Source: Dyella sp. (GTDB lineage: Bacteria; Pseudomonadota; Gammaproteobacteria; Xanthomonadales; Rhodanobacteraceae). Taken from it: DNA of 64,000 nucleotides. Below are positions 1 through 10,981 of this stretch, in pieces. Position numbers and translations under genes: made by a program. Under the pieces are notes generated by a model. That model had not been told where the DNA came from. It searched no databases and saw only the letters and a program-made list of their open reading frames with translations. How positions within the stretch are numbered: the stretch's first letter is position 1; each line of letters starts with the position of its first letter. Where the stretch lies: the NCBI RefSeq assembly GCF_035685805.1, contig NZ_DASSAB010000049.1, forward strand, positions 1 to 64,000. The letters run 5' to 3'.

Positions 1-2
1 TC

Positions 3-53
3 GGCGCGCTCGCGTCGCTGTATGCGATCGGCCGCATCGCACTGCTGGGCTGA
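3..53 (+). CDS. sdhD: Probable 3' end of succinate dehydrogenase membrane-anchor subunit gene (sdhD); only 16 codons visible, ..[16 protein letters not shown]
   Basis: In-frame reading to TGA at 51-53, hydrophobic C-terminus, immediately upstream of sdhA in the canonical sdhCDAB order. Too short to confirm by sequence alone. Confidence 0.35.
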   Translation, partial: GALASLYAIGRIALLG

Positions 54-75
54 AGTCGCATATGAGAAGCCGCAC

Positions 76-1866
76 ATGACCACCGCATACAAGATCACCG
101 AACACAAGTACGACATGGTCGTCGTTGGCGCCGGTGGCGCCGGATTGCGCGCGACCTTCGGCCTGGCGCAGAAGGGCCTGAGCACCGCGTGCATCACCAA
201 GGTGTTCCCGACCCGCTCGCATACGGTCGCGGCGCAGGGCGGCATCTCTGCCGCGCTTGGCAACATGGGCGAGGACGACTGGCGTTTCCACTTCTACGAC
301 ACGATCAAGGGCTCGGACTGGCTGGGCGACCAGGACGCCATCGAGTACATGTGCCGCGAGGCGATCCCGGCGATCATCGAGCTGGAGCACTACGGGGTGC
401 CGTTCTCGCGCACCGAGGAAGGCAAGATCTACCAGCGCCCATTCGGCGGCATGACGACGCACTACGGCAAGGGCACCGCGCAGCGCACCTGCGCCGCGGC
501 GGACCGCACCGGCCACGCGATCCTGCATACGCTCTACCAGCAGGCGCTGGCGCACGACGCTTCATTCTTCATCGAATACTTCGCGATCGACCTGATCTTT
601 GACGAAGAGGGCGTCTGCCGCGGCGTGCTGGCGCTGGACATGAACGAGGGCACGCTGCACTTCTTCCGCGGCCAGTCCGTGGTGCTGGCGACCGGCGGTT
701 ACGGTCGCGCGTATTTCAGCGCCACCTCGGCACATACCTGCACGGGCGATGGCGGCGGCATGGTGCTGCGCGCGGGCCTGCCGCTGCAGGACATGGAGTT
801 CGTGCAATTCCACCCCACCGGGATCTATGGCGCAGGCTGCCTGATCACCGAGGGCGTGCGCGGCGAGGGCGGTTACCTCACCAACTCCGAGGGCGAGCGC
901 TTCATGGAGCGTTACGCGCCCAACGCGAAGGATCTTGCCTCGCGTGACGTGGTCAGCCGCGCCATGACGATCGAGATCCGCGAGGGTCGCGGCGTCGGCG
1001 AGCACAAGGATCACATCCACTTGAACCTGATGCATCTGGGCGCCGAGGTGATCAACGAGCGCCTGCCCGGCATCGCCGAGTCGGCGCGCATCTTCGCCGG
1101 CGTCGACGTGGCGAAGGAGCCGATCCCGGTGCTGCCCACCGTGCACTACAACATGGGCGGCATCCCGACCAACTTCCACGGCGAAGTGGTGCAGCTCAAG
1201 GACGGCAACCCGGACTCGGTGGTGCCGGGCCTTTTTGCCATCGGCGAGGCCGGTTGCGTTTCGGTGCATGGCGCCAACCGCCTCGGTTCGAACTCGCTGC
1301 TGGATCTGGTGGTGTTCGGTCGCGCGGTGGCCAAGCGCTGCGCCGAGATCATCACGCCTGGCGCGGCGCAGAAAGATCTTCCGTCCAGCGTGCTGGACAA
1401 GGCTCTGGCGCGTTTCGATGCCTTGCGTCATGCCGACGGCGGCACCCCGACTGCCAGGATTCGCGCCGAAATGCAGCGCACGATGCAGCAGGACGCGGCG
1501 GTATTCCGCACCGGGGAGACGCTGAAGGAGGGCAAGCGCAAGATTTCCGAGATCCGTGACTCCTTCAAGGACGTCAAGGTGTCTGACCGGTCGCTGGTCT
1601 GGAACTCCGACCTGATCGAGACGCTGGAGCTGGCGAACCTGCTCGACCAGGCCGTGGCAACCATGCACTCGGCCGAGCAGCGCCTGGAAAGCCGCGGTGC
1701 GCACGCACGCGAGGATTTCCCGGATCGCAACGACGACGAGTGGATGAAGCACACGCTGGTCAAGGTGGACGAGGCGGGCAACTCGAGCTTCGAGTTCCGT
1801 CCAGTGCACATGTACACGATGACCGACGAGGTGGATGTGGTGCCGCCGAAGAAGCGCGTCTACTGA
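76..1866 (+). CDS. sdhA: Succinate dehydrogenase flavoprotein subunit
   Basis: ATG at 76 follows GAGAAG; N-terminal FAD-binding VVGAGGAG plus conserved SdhA/FrdA motifs ([12 protein letters not shown]). The upstream extension to 22 is probably not translated. Confidence 0.93.
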   Translation: MTTAYKITEHKYDMVVVGAGGAGLRATFGLAQKGLSTACITKVFPTRSHTVAAQGGISAALGNMGEDDWRFHFYDTIKGSDWLGDQDAIEYMCREAIPAIIELEHYGVPFSRTEEGKIYQRPFGGMTTHYGKGTAQRTCAAADRTGHAILHTLYQQALAHDASFFIEYFAIDLIFDEEGVCRGVLALDMNEGTLHFFRGQSVVLATGGYGRAYFSATSAHTCTGDGGGMVLRAGLPLQDMEFVQFHPTGIYGAGCLITEGVRGEGGYLTNSEGERFMERYAPNAKDLASRDVVSRAMTIEIREGRGVGEHKDHIHLNLMHLGAEVINERLPGIAESARIFAGVDVAKEPIPVLPTVHYNMGGIPTNFHGEVVQLKDGNPDSVVPGLFAIGEAGCVSVHGANRLGSNSLLDLVVFGRAVAKRCAEIITPGAAQKDLPSSVLDKALARFDALRHADGGTPTARIRAEMQRTMQQDAAVFRTGETLKEGKRKISEIRDSFKDVKVSDRSLVWNSDLIETLELANLLDQAVATMHSAEQRLESRGAHAREDFPDRNDDEWMKHTLVKVDEAGNSSFEFRPVHMYTMTDEVDVVPPKKRVY

Positions 1867-1956
1867 TGGTGGCCCCGCCGACAATGTCCGCGGGGCCTCG
1901 CGTGTAGCAGGCGGTCGGGCCGCAGGCCCTCCTAACGAGATTGAAAGGTTCCGCAC

Positions 1957-2739
1957 ATGGCAGAGTTCACGCTTCCCAAAAATTCGAAGATCCAGCCGGG
2001 CAAGCACTTTCCGGCACCGGGCGCGAAGAAGCCGCGCACCTTCCGCGTCTACCGCTGGTCTCCCGACGACGGGCAGAATCCCCGCATCGACACCTATGAA
2101 GTCGACCTGGCCGCGTGCGGCCCGATGGTTCTCGACGCGCTGCTCAAGATCAAGAACGAGATCGACCCGACCCTGACGCTGCGCCGCTCGTGTCGCGAAG
2201 GCATCTGTGGATCGTGCGCGATGAATATCGATGGCACCAACACGCTGGCGTGCACCAAGGCAGTCGACGACTGCAGCGGCGGTGACGTCAAGATCTATCC
2301 GCTGCCGCACATGCCGGTGGTCAAGGATCTGGTTCCTGACCTGACCCACTTCTACGCCCAGTTTGCCTCGATCAAGCCGTGGCTCCGTACGCAGAGCCCG
2401 GCGCCGGATCGCGAGCGGCTGCAGTCGCCCGAAGATCGCAAGCATCTGGACGGTTTGTACGAGTGCATCCTGTGTGCCTGCTGCTCGACCAGCTGCCCCA
2501 GCTACTGGTGGAATGGCGACAAGTACCTCGGCCCGGCCGTGCTGCTGCAGGCATACCGCTGGATCGTCGATTCGCGCGACGAGGACACCGGGGCGCGGCT
2601 TGACGATCTGGAAGATCCGTTCAAGCTGTATCGCTGCCACACCATCATGAATTGCGCGCGCACCTGCCCGAAGGGTCTCAACCCGGCCAAGGCCATCGCG
2701 GAAATCAAGAAACTGATGGTCGAGCGCCGCGCTGCGTGA
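1957..2739 (+). CDS. sdhB: Succinate dehydrogenase iron-sulfur subunit
   Basis: 2Fe-2S motif CRxGxCGSCAM, 4Fe-4S cysteine clusters ([24 protein letters not shown]), ~260 aa, directly after sdhA. Confidence 0.93.
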   Translation: MAEFTLPKNSKIQPGKHFPAPGAKKPRTFRVYRWSPDDGQNPRIDTYEVDLAACGPMVLDALLKIKNEIDPTLTLRRSCREGICGSCAMNIDGTNTLACTKAVDDCSGGDVKIYPLPHMPVVKDLVPDLTHFYAQFASIKPWLRTQSPAPDRERLQSPEDRKHLDGLYECILCACCSTSCPSYWWNGDKYLGPAVLLQAYRWIVDSRDEDTGARLDDLEDPFKLYRCHTIMNCARTCPKGLNPAKAIAEIKKLMVERRAA

Positions 2740-2830
2740 GCAGCTGCCGTTGATCCTTGTTCTGACGGGCTGCCTCGCGCAGCCCGTCGTGTATGGGCGC
2801 CTAGCGTCATGACTGGCAGGAACCGCGCAC

Positions 2831-3079
2831 GTGGATGAAGCCCGCATCAAGCGTCTGCGTTGGCGTACCCGGCGGGGAACGCGCGAGCTCGATGCCCTGT
2901 TCGGCGGCTGGCTCGACACCTCTTTCGCTGCCGCCGACGAGCCGACGCGGCACGCCTTCGAGGAGCTGCTGGAAGTGCAGGATCCGGACCTGTGGGGCTG
3001 GGTCATGGGCCATGCGCGACCGGATCGCCCGGACTGGCAGGCAATCATCGATGACATCCGCGCCCGCCATCGGCTTTGA
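2831..3079 (+). CDS. sdhE: FAD assembly factor SdhE (YgfY/CptB family, DUF339)
   Basis: 82 aa with GTG start; RLRWRTRRGTRELDALF...W motif typical of SdhE; directly follows sdhB. Confidence 0.8.
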   Translation: MDEARIKRLRWRTRRGTRELDALFGGWLDTSFAAADEPTRHAFEELLEVQDPDLWGWVMGHARPDRPDWQAIIDDIRARHRL

Positions 3080-3482
3080 ATATCGGCCGTCTCCGGCGCT
3101 GGCCCGGTTGCATGTGCTGGTGATCTGCCTTGCGCTGATTGGCGTTGCCTCGTGTGGCGCCGCGCTCTGGCTGAAGGTGTGTCTCGTCGCCGCGCTGGTC
3201 GCGGGACTGACGAGCTGGCGCAGCCGCAGGCCGGCGGTGCCGGCAGCGGTGGGGTGGAGTGCGCAAGGCGGCTGGACGCTGCGCCTGGGCGATGGACGTG
3301 ACAGCGCTGCGCGGTTGGTGTCATCGCGGGCACTGGGTGCGATGGTGGTGCTTTGCCTGAACGCAGAAGACGGACGGCATGCACTGTGGTTGCTGCCCGA
3401 CAACAGTGACGCCGACACCCGACGCCGAGTGCGGATGCGCCTGGCGGTGCTGGCCTCCGGCGCTCCTGAAGCGGGCGATTGA
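3051..3482 (+). CDS. YgfX/CptA-like two-TM inner-membrane protein (DUF1434)
   Basis: ATG at 3051 overlaps the sdhE 3' end in another frame. 143 aa with two hydrophobic helices (LHVLVICLALIGVASCGAALWLKVCLVAALVAGL) and arginine-rich flanks. Same position and size as E. coli ygfX after ygfY. Confidence 0.55.
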   Translation: MTSAPAIGFEYRPSPALARLHVLVICLALIGVASCGAALWLKVCLVAALVAGLTSWRSRRPAVPAAVGWSAQGGWTLRLGDGRDSAARLVSSRALGAMVVLCLNAEDGRHALWLLPDNSDADTRRRVRMRLAVLASGAPEAGD

Positions 3483-3606
3483 GACGGCGCGACGGTTGCT
3501 GCCCATGCTTCCATCGGGCACTCTGCGGCGCTGGCGTGGTCCATGATGTTCCCGGCTGACGGGCGCTTCCTGCGGCCACTGCGCAGGCCCACTTAGACAG
3601 GTTGCC

Positions 3607-4843
3607 ATGTTCCGACCGCTCGAGCTCTTCATCGGCCTGCGCTACACGCGCGCAAAGCGCCGCAACCAGTTCATCTCCTTCATATCCACGGTATCGATCA
3701 TCTGTATCTGCATCAGCGTCATGGCGCTGATCACGGTGATGTCCGTGATGAACGGTTTCGACAACGAGTTGCGCACGCGCATCCTCGGTGCGGTGTCGCA
3801 TGCCACCATTTCTGGCGTTGGAGAAAGCATTCAGGATTGGCGCGGAGCGGTGAAGCTGGCCCAGACCAATCCGCACGTGGAGGGAGCGGCACCTTACGTG
3901 GAGATGCAGGCGTTCCTGCAAGGCAGTTACAGCTCCAGCGGCGCAATCGTGCGGGGCATCGAGCCGGGCGAGGAGCCCAAGGCGTCGGACATCGACCGGC
4001 ACATGGTGCAGGGTCGCTTCGACTCGCTGACGCCGGGCAGCTGGAACATCGTGCTTGGCAAGGAGCTCGCCATGCAGCTGGGCGTCAACGTGGGTGACCG
4101 CATCACCATGTACGTGCCACAACTGCGTGCCACGCCGATGGGCTCGGTGCCGCGCATTCGCGGTTTGCATGTGTCCGGTGTGTTCGAGCTGGGCATGCAG
4201 CAGTACGACGCCGGGCTGGTGTTGATCAACATGACTGATGCCCAGAAGCTGGCGAGCCTGGCCGGGCCCACCGGTATCCGCCTGCGGCTTGACGATCTTT
4301 GGAGCGCCGGCCCGGTGGCGCGCGAGCTGAGTCAGCGGCTGGGCCAGCTCTACAGCGTGCGCACCTGGATGCAGGAAAACAGCAACTTCTTCTCGGCCAT
4401 CTCGATGGAGAAGAAAGTCATGTTCATCATCCTGTCGCTGATCATCCTGGTGGCGGTGATCAACCTGATCTCGATGCTGATGATGCTGGTCACCGACAAG
4501 CAGGCCGACATCGCCATCCTGCGCACGCTCGGCGCCACGCCGCGCAGCATCATGGGCATGTTCATGGTGCAGGGCTTGCTGGTGGGGTTCGTCGGTATCG
4601 GGTTCGGGGTGGGGCTCGGCTCGCTGCTGTCGTGGAAGCTGCCGGCGATCGTCGACTGGATCCAGGACGTGTTCCACGTGCAGTTCCTGTCGCCGGACGT
4701 TTATTACATCTCCAACGTGCCCAGCAAGCTCGATCCAACCGACGTCGGCTGGGTGGTCCTGGTGACGTTTGCATTCTCGCTGCTGGCGACCCTTTATCCG
4801 GCGTGGCGCGCGTCCCGCACGCAGCCGGCGCAGGCGCTGCGCT

Positions 4844-4851
<8 letters not shown>
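3607..4851 (+). CDS. lolC: Lipoprotein-releasing system transmembrane permease (LolC/LolE family, FtsX-like)
   Basis: N-terminus [27 protein letters not shown] matches LolC/E; 414 aa; large periplasmic loop and C-terminal FtsX TM bundle. Confidence 0.88.
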
Positions 4852-5581
<730 letters not shown>

Positions 5582-5695
5582 ACCAGGCCGCCCCTTGCCC
5601 CGCGGAGCCGCGGGTAATTCGCCTACGCGTATTTCGCCGGGCGCCCAGGGTGGTTGCCGCTAGCCTTGATCGCCTCGAAGCGGGGAGGCGCAGGG

Positions 5696-8017
5696 ATGTC
5701 GCCGGCGGGGACAAGTCGATCGACCGTAGCGAGCTGCAGCGTGTTCCTGCTGCTCGGCGTGCTGGCGGTGCAGTGGTGGCCGGCGCTGCCGCGGGGCACG
5801 GCGCTCCTGGTGTTGCTGGTCGCCCTCGTGGTGCTGGCCGCAGTGGCGGCGCGCTGGTCGCTCACCCGACCGGCCGCATGGATGATTCTCGGCATTGGCT
5901 GGTCGGTGTGGTGTGGCGCCAGCGCGATGCAGGCGCGCCTGCCGGTGCCGCTGGAAGGACAGGATCTCGTGGTGGTTGGCCGTGTGCTGGGGCTGCCTGA
6001 TCCGGCCGCCGATGCCACCCGGTTCCAGCTTCAGGTGCTTGCGGCCAGCCAGGCGGGGCGGCCCGTGCCGCTGCGTGGGCGCGTGCAACTGGCCTGGTAC
6101 GACGATGCGCCGCCGCTGGCGCCATGCGAACGCTGGCAACTGCGGCTTCGCCTGAAGCGTCCGCGCAGCATGCTTGACCCCGGTGGTGCCGACACCGAGC
6201 GCAGTGCGCTGCAGCGGGGTGTCGTCGCGGTGGGTTACGTCCGCGAGGATCCAGCCAACAAGCGGCTGGGGCGCCGGTGGTGCATACACGAGGTGCGAGC
6301 ACGGCTGGCGCAGGGCATCGAACTGAGGGTGCCGGATCGGCACGACGCCGCTTTGCTGCGTGCGCTGGCGCTCGGCGACGTGCGCGGCCTGGATCCGGAC
6401 GACTGGTCGGTGGCCCGGGCCAACGGGGTGTCGCACCTGCTGGCCATCTCCGGCTTCCACGTCGGCGTGGCGGCGGCCTTCGGCGCATGGGGAGTCATCG
6501 CGATCTATGCGCTGTGGCCTGCGCTGGCACTGCGTTGCCCGCGCGTCCAGGCGCAGGCGGGCGGCGCGCTGACAGCAGCCGTCGCCTACGGCGCGCTTGC
6601 TGGCATGGGGCTGCCGACGATGCGCACGCTGCTGATGATTGCCGTGGTGGTGGCCGCCCGTGGCTGGCGTCGCCACGTGCGCGCAGGCCACGGCCTGGCG
6701 CTGGCTATGCTCGTGCTCTTGCTGTCCGATCCGCTGGCGGTCCTGTCGGCCGGCTTCTGGCTGTCGTTCGTGGGGGTTGCCTTCCTGATCCTGTGCCTGA
6801 CCGAACACGCGCATGGGCTGCGCGGCATCGTGAAAGGCCTGACCACCGGGCAGTGGGTGATGACCCTTGCGCTGCTGCCGCTGAGCCTGTGGTTCTTTGG
6901 CCAGACCTCGCTGGTGGGCGGGCTGTCGAACCTGGTTGCCGTGCCGGTGGTCAGTTTCGTGCTCGTGCCGCTGGCCTTGCTCGGCGTGCTGGCCTTGGTG
7001 ATATGGCCGCCGTTCGCCGTGTGGCCGCTGTCGCTGGCCGCGCACGTGGCCCATGGTCAGTGGTGGCTGCTGCAGCGCATCGCGGCATGGCCCGGCGCCA
7101 GCTGCTACCTGCCCAGCGTCAGCGTCTGGGCGCTGGTACTGGGCATGCTGGGCGCACTGTGGCTGCTGGCACCGCGCGGCATCCCGACGCGCTGGCTCGG
7201 CGCCATGTTGTTCCTGCCACTGCTGTGGCCGCAGTTGCCACGCCCGGCGCCTTCGGCCTTCGAGGCGTGGGTGCTGGATGTGGGGCAGGGGTTGTCGGTG
7301 GTGGTACGCACGCGCGGCCACACGCTGGTCTACGACACCGGAGCACGCTATCCCTCTGGCTTCGACATCGGCGCTGCGGCGGTGGTGCCGAGCCTTCATG
7401 CCCTGGGGGTGCGGCGGCTCGACATGCTGGTGGTCAGCCATGCCGACAACGACCACGCCGGCGGCGCCGGTGCGGTGCTCGCGGCCTACGCTCCAGGGCG
7501 CCGACTGGCCGGGGAGCCACGCCGCATGCCCTCGCCGATGGCCGGCTGCCACGCAGGCCAGGCGTGGACGTGGGACGGCGTTCGTTTCTCCGTACTCGGT
7601 CCGCTTGACGATACCGGGGCAGGCAACGACCGCTCCTGCGTGCTGCTGGTGGACGGCGGGGCGGATCGCCTGCTGCTCACCGGGGACATCACCAGTCGGG
7701 TCGAGTCGGCTGTTGCTGCCGCGTTGCCGTCGGGCGGGTCCGTGGTGATGACCGTGCCGCACCACGGCAGCATGACCTCCTCCAGCGAGCCTTTCCTGAC
7801 CGCGGTAGCGCCGTCGCTGGCCGTGGTTTCGGCAGGCTGGCGCAACCGTTTCCGGCATCCGCGGCCGCTGGTCGTGGCCCGCTACGGCGCAGCCGGGGTG
7901 CCGTTGCTGAACACTGCGACCGCTGGCGCCATCCAGCTGAGCTTCCCGGCTCGTGGCCACGCGCGGGTCGTGCGCCAGGAGCGACAGCGGCAGGCGCGCT
8001 ACTGGCGCGAGAAATAA
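5696..8017 (+). CDS. comEC: DNA internalization-related competence protein ComEC/Rec2
   Basis: Multi-TM N-terminal competence domain and C-terminal metallo-beta-lactamase fold (VVSHADNDHAGG). Start is uncertain: TTG at 5654 or ATG at 5696. Confidence 0.85.
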   Translation: MSPAGTSRSTVASCSVFLLLGVLAVQWWPALPRGTALLVLLVALVVLAAVAARWSLTRPAAWMILGIGWSVWCGASAMQARLPVPLEGQDLVVVGRVLGLPDPAADATRFQLQVLAASQAGRPVPLRGRVQLAWYDDAPPLAPCERWQLRLRLKRPRSMLDPGGADTERSALQRGVVAVGYVREDPANKRLGRRWCIHEVRARLAQGIELRVPDRHDAALLRALALGDVRGLDPDDWSVARANGVSHLLAISGFHVGVAAAFGAWGVIAIYALWPALALRCPRVQAQAGGALTAAVAYGALAGMGLPTMRTLLMIAVVVAARGWRRHVRAGHGLALAMLVLLLSDPLAVLSAGFWLSFVGVAFLILCLTEHAHGLRGIVKGLTTGQWVMTLALLPLSLWFFGQTSLVGGLSNLVAVPVVSFVLVPLALLGVLALVIWPPFAVWPLSLAAHVAHGQWWLLQRIAAWPGASCYLPSVSVWALVLGMLGALWLLAPRGIPTRWLGAMLFLPLLWPQLPRPAPSAFEAWVLDVGQGLSVVVRTRGHTLVYDTGARYPSGFDIGAAAVVPSLHALGVRRLDMLVVSHADNDHAGGAGAVLAAYAPGRRLAGEPRRMPSPMAGCHAGQAWTWDGVRFSVLGPLDDTGAGNDRSCVLLVDGGADRLLLTGDITSRVESAVAAALPSGGSVVMTVPHHGSMTSSSEPFLTAVAPSLAVVSAGWRNRFRHPRPLVVARYGAAGVPLLNTATAGAIQLSFPARGHARVVRQERQRQARYWREK

Positions 8018-8118
8018 CCTGCCATCGCACATCGGCTGCCGGACGCAGCCCACGGAACCGCGGGTACACGCTGGTATGATGCGCGCTTCGTTCTTGGCTG
8101 CATGGTGCGGGAGTCGTC

Positions 8119-8766
8119 GTGCTGGAAATCCTGATGGCGGGCGGTTGGGCGATGGCGCCCATCGTGTTTTGTTCGGCAATCGCGCTGGCGATCGTGCTGG
8201 AACGGTTCTGGAGCCTGCGGCGTGCTTCGGTGATGCCGCCCGGCCTGGGGGAGGAGGTGCGCGAGTGGGCACGCAGCGGGCGGCTCGATCCGCAGCATCT
8301 CGATGCGCTGTCCGCCGGCTCGCCGCTGGGTGAGCTGCTGGGCGCCGCGCTGCGGGTGCGCGACCGCTCGCGCGAGCTGATCAAGGAGCGCATCGAGGAC
8401 ACCGGTCGCCACGTCGCGCACCGCATGGAGCGCTACCTCAATACCTTGGGGACGATCGCACTGATCGGCCCGCTGCTGGGCCTGTTCGGTACGGTGATCG
8501 GCCTCATCCGCATGTTCCTCGACGTCATGCGTGGCGGCGTCGGCGATCCGATGAAGATGGCCGGCGGTATCGGCGAGGCGCTGATCTGCACGGCCTCCGG
8601 CCTGGTCGTGGCGATTCCCGCTTACGTGCTGCACCGCTACTTCCGCTCCCGCGTCACCGGCTATTGCGTGGAAATGGAGAAGCAGGCCACGGCGCTGCTG
8701 GACGACCTCACCGTCGGTGCCACGACCCCAGTGCCGCGTCCGCGCCGCGCGCCGGCGGCAGGCTGA
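8119..8766 (+). CDS. exbB: MotA/TolQ/ExbB-family proton channel protein
   Basis: 215 aa, 3 TM, conserved C-terminal TolQ/ExbB region (IALIGPLLGLFGTVIGLI...ALICTASGLVVAIPA). Confidence 0.85.
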   Translation: MLEILMAGGWAMAPIVFCSAIALAIVLERFWSLRRASVMPPGLGEEVREWARSGRLDPQHLDALSAGSPLGELLGAALRVRDRSRELIKERIEDTGRHVAHRMERYLNTLGTIALIGPLLGLFGTVIGLIRMFLDVMRGGVGDPMKMAGGIGEALICTASGLVVAIPAYVLHRYFRSRVTGYCVEMEKQATALLDDLTVGATTPVPRPRRAPAAG

Positions 8767-8771
8767 TAGCA

Positions 8772-9200
8772 ATGCGTATCGGTTCGGACCGCCGACGCGA
8801 TGATTTCGAGATCAACGTCATCCCGTTGATCGACGTGCTGCTCACGCTGCTGATGTTCTTCGTGCTCACCACCACCTTCGTGCAGCACTCGCGCATGCAG
8901 GTGACCCTGCCCAAGGCCAGCGCGGAAGAGCGTGACGTGCAGCAGCCCGTGCTCACCGTGATGATCGATCGCGACGGCCGCTTCTACGTGGGCAGCGACG
9001 AGGTGATGGGCGAGGGCATCGAGCCGCTCAAGCGCATGCTCGAGCAGAACGCGGGCGATCGCCGCGATGGCCAGGTGGTGATCCGCGCCGATGCGATGAC
9101 GCCGCACCAATACGTGGTCACCGCCATGGACGCGCTGGGCCAGCTCGGTTTCACCAAGCTGTCGATCGCCACCACGCCGACGCTAGGGTCGGGACGGTGA
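8772..9200 (+). CDS. exbD: ExbD/TolR-family biopolymer transport protein
   Basis: 142 aa; INVIPLIDVLLTLLMFF N-terminal TM helix typical of ExbD/TolR; 5 nt after exbB. Confidence 0.85.
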   Translation: MRIGSDRRRDDFEINVIPLIDVLLTLLMFFVLTTTFVQHSRMQVTLPKASAEERDVQQPVLTVMIDRDGRFYVGSDEVMGEGIEPLKRMLEQNAGDRRDGQVVIRADAMTPHQYVVTAMDALGQLGFTKLSIATTPTLGSGR

Positions 9201-10975
9201 CCAAAAAGCCCGGCAAGGTGGGCATCTGGGATGCCGAGACGCGCAGGGTTTATGGCCGCCTGCTCGGCTATACCCGGAGCTACCGCACCGTGGCGCTGCT
9301 GGCGATGCTGGGTATGGCAATCGACGGTGGCGGCCTCGCCCTGTTCACCAGCCTGCTGCAGCCGATGTTCGATGACCTGTTCGCGAGGAAAGATCCCTAT
9401 CTGATCTTCTGGATGCCGATCTGGATCATGGCGATCTTCAGCGTGCGCGGCATCGGCACGTTCGTCAGCAACTACGGCATTGCCTATATCGGTCGCAACG
9501 TGGTGCAGGCGATTCAGCGGGACGTGTTCGCATCCTATCTGCGGTTGCCGGCCACGTTCTTTGGCAGCGAGCCATCGGGGCAGCAGATTTCCCGGATCAC
9601 CTACACCTCCGAGCAGGTGGCATCGGCGTCCACCGATGCAGTGAAGATCGCCGTGACCGAAGGCGTCACCGTCATCGGCATGTTCGTCGTAATGCTGACC
9701 AAGAGTGCATACCTTACGCTCGCCCTGCTGGTGATGATCCCGCTGGTGATGCTGATCGCTTCGGTAGTCAGTAGGCGCTATCGCGCCATCAGTCGGCGCA
9801 TCCAGGGGTCGATGGGCTCGGTAACCGGTACGGTTGAAGAGTCTGTAGGTGCGCACCGCGAAGTGCGCATCTACGGTGGTCAGCCGCATGAGGCGGGTCG
9901 TTTCGACGACGTAACCATGCGCACGCGGCGCCTGAATCTGAAAATCGCGGCGACCAGTGCAGCGTCCAGTACCGCTATCCAGACGGTAGCGGCTGGCGCT
10001 CTGGCGGTTCTGGTGCTGCTGGCGACGCGCCCGGACGAGATAGACCAGATTTCCTCCGGTGTATTCATTGCGGTCCTTACCGCCATGGGCGCGATGATGC
10101 CGTCCCTAAAGCGCTTGGCCAACGTCCAGGCCAACATCCAGCGGGGCATTTCGGCGGCAGAAGATTTGTTCGAGGTCATCGATCTCTCTCCTGAAGCGGA
10201 TCACGGCACCCGCGTGATCGAACGCACCGGCGGCGACATACGGTTTGAAAGCGTAAGACTGCGTTACCCGCGTAGCGAAGCTGAGGCATTGCGCGGCGTG
10301 GACCTGCGCTGCCAGCCCGGCACCGTCACCGCGCTGGTGGGGCGCTCCGGTAGTGGCAAGAGCACGCTGGTCAGCCTGCTGCCGCGTTTCTATGAGCCGA
10401 GCGAAGGCCGCATCGTGCTCGATGGCGAGGATTACCTGGGGTACACGCTGGGTTCGCTGCGGCGGCAGATCGCCTGGGTGGGCCAGAGCGTGGTGCTGTT
10501 CGACGGCACCGTCGCCGAGAACATCGCCTATGGCGAGCTGGCCGGGGCCAGCGATGGGGACATCGAGGCGGCGGCCGCAGCGGCCAACGCGATGGAATTC
10601 ATCAGCCGCATGCCGATGGGGCTGCACAGCCCGATCGGGCAGGCCGGCGGCATGCTTTCCGGTGGCCAGCGCCAGCGCATCGCCATTGCGCGGGCCATTC
10701 TCAAGAATGCCCCCATTCTCGTGCTGGACGAGGCCACCAGTGCCTTGGACACCGAGTCCGAACGGTTGATCCAGCAGGCGCTGCAGCGTTTGATGAAGGA
10801 TCGCACTACGCTGGTGATTGCCCATCGCCTGTCGACCATCGAGGGCGCCGACCAGATCGCGGTCATGGATCAGGGGCGCATCGTGGAGCGCGGCACGCAT
10901 GCCGAGCTGCTGGCAATGCAAGGCCATTACGCGGCGCTGCATCGCATGCAGTTCCATCAGCCCGCCAGCGACTGA
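9197..10975 (+). CDS. msbA: Lipid A export ATP-binding/permease protein MsbA
   Basis: GTG start overlapping the exbD stop; 592 aa; six-TM domain plus NBD ([28 protein letters not shown]). Confidence 0.88.
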   Translation: MTKKPGKVGIWDAETRRVYGRLLGYTRSYRTVALLAMLGMAIDGGGLALFTSLLQPMFDDLFARKDPYLIFWMPIWIMAIFSVRGIGTFVSNYGIAYIGRNVVQAIQRDVFASYLRLPATFFGSEPSGQQISRITYTSEQVASASTDAVKIAVTEGVTVIGMFVVMLTKSAYLTLALLVMIPLVMLIASVVSRRYRAISRRIQGSMGSVTGTVEESVGAHREVRIYGGQPHEAGRFDDVTMRTRRLNLKIAATSAASSTAIQTVAAGALAVLVLLATRPDEIDQISSGVFIAVLTAMGAMMPSLKRLANVQANIQRGISAAEDLFEVIDLSPEADHGTRVIERTGGDIRFESVRLRYPRSEAEALRGVDLRCQPGTVTALVGRSGSGKSTLVSLLPRFYEPSEGRIVLDGEDYLGYTLGSLRRQIAWVGQSVVLFDGTVAENIAYGELAGASDGDIEAAAAAANAMEFISRMPMGLHSPIGQAGGMLSGGQRQRIAIARAILKNAPILVLDEATSALDTESERLIQQALQRLMKDRTTLVIAHRLSTIEGADQIAVMDQGRIVERGTHAELLAMQGHYAALHRMQFHQPASD

Positions 10976-10981
10976 CGGGCC

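Noticed and set aside
22-75. Upstream extension of sdhA to the ATG at 22
   Set aside because: It would overlap the sdhD 3' end in another frame, and the canonical SdhA N-terminus ([13 protein letters not shown]...) starts at 76 with its own RBS.
5660-8272. 870-aa minus-strand ORF opposite comEC
   Set aside because: Antisense to ComEC, Arg/Pro/Gly/His-rich, no recognisable domain; GC-skew artefact.
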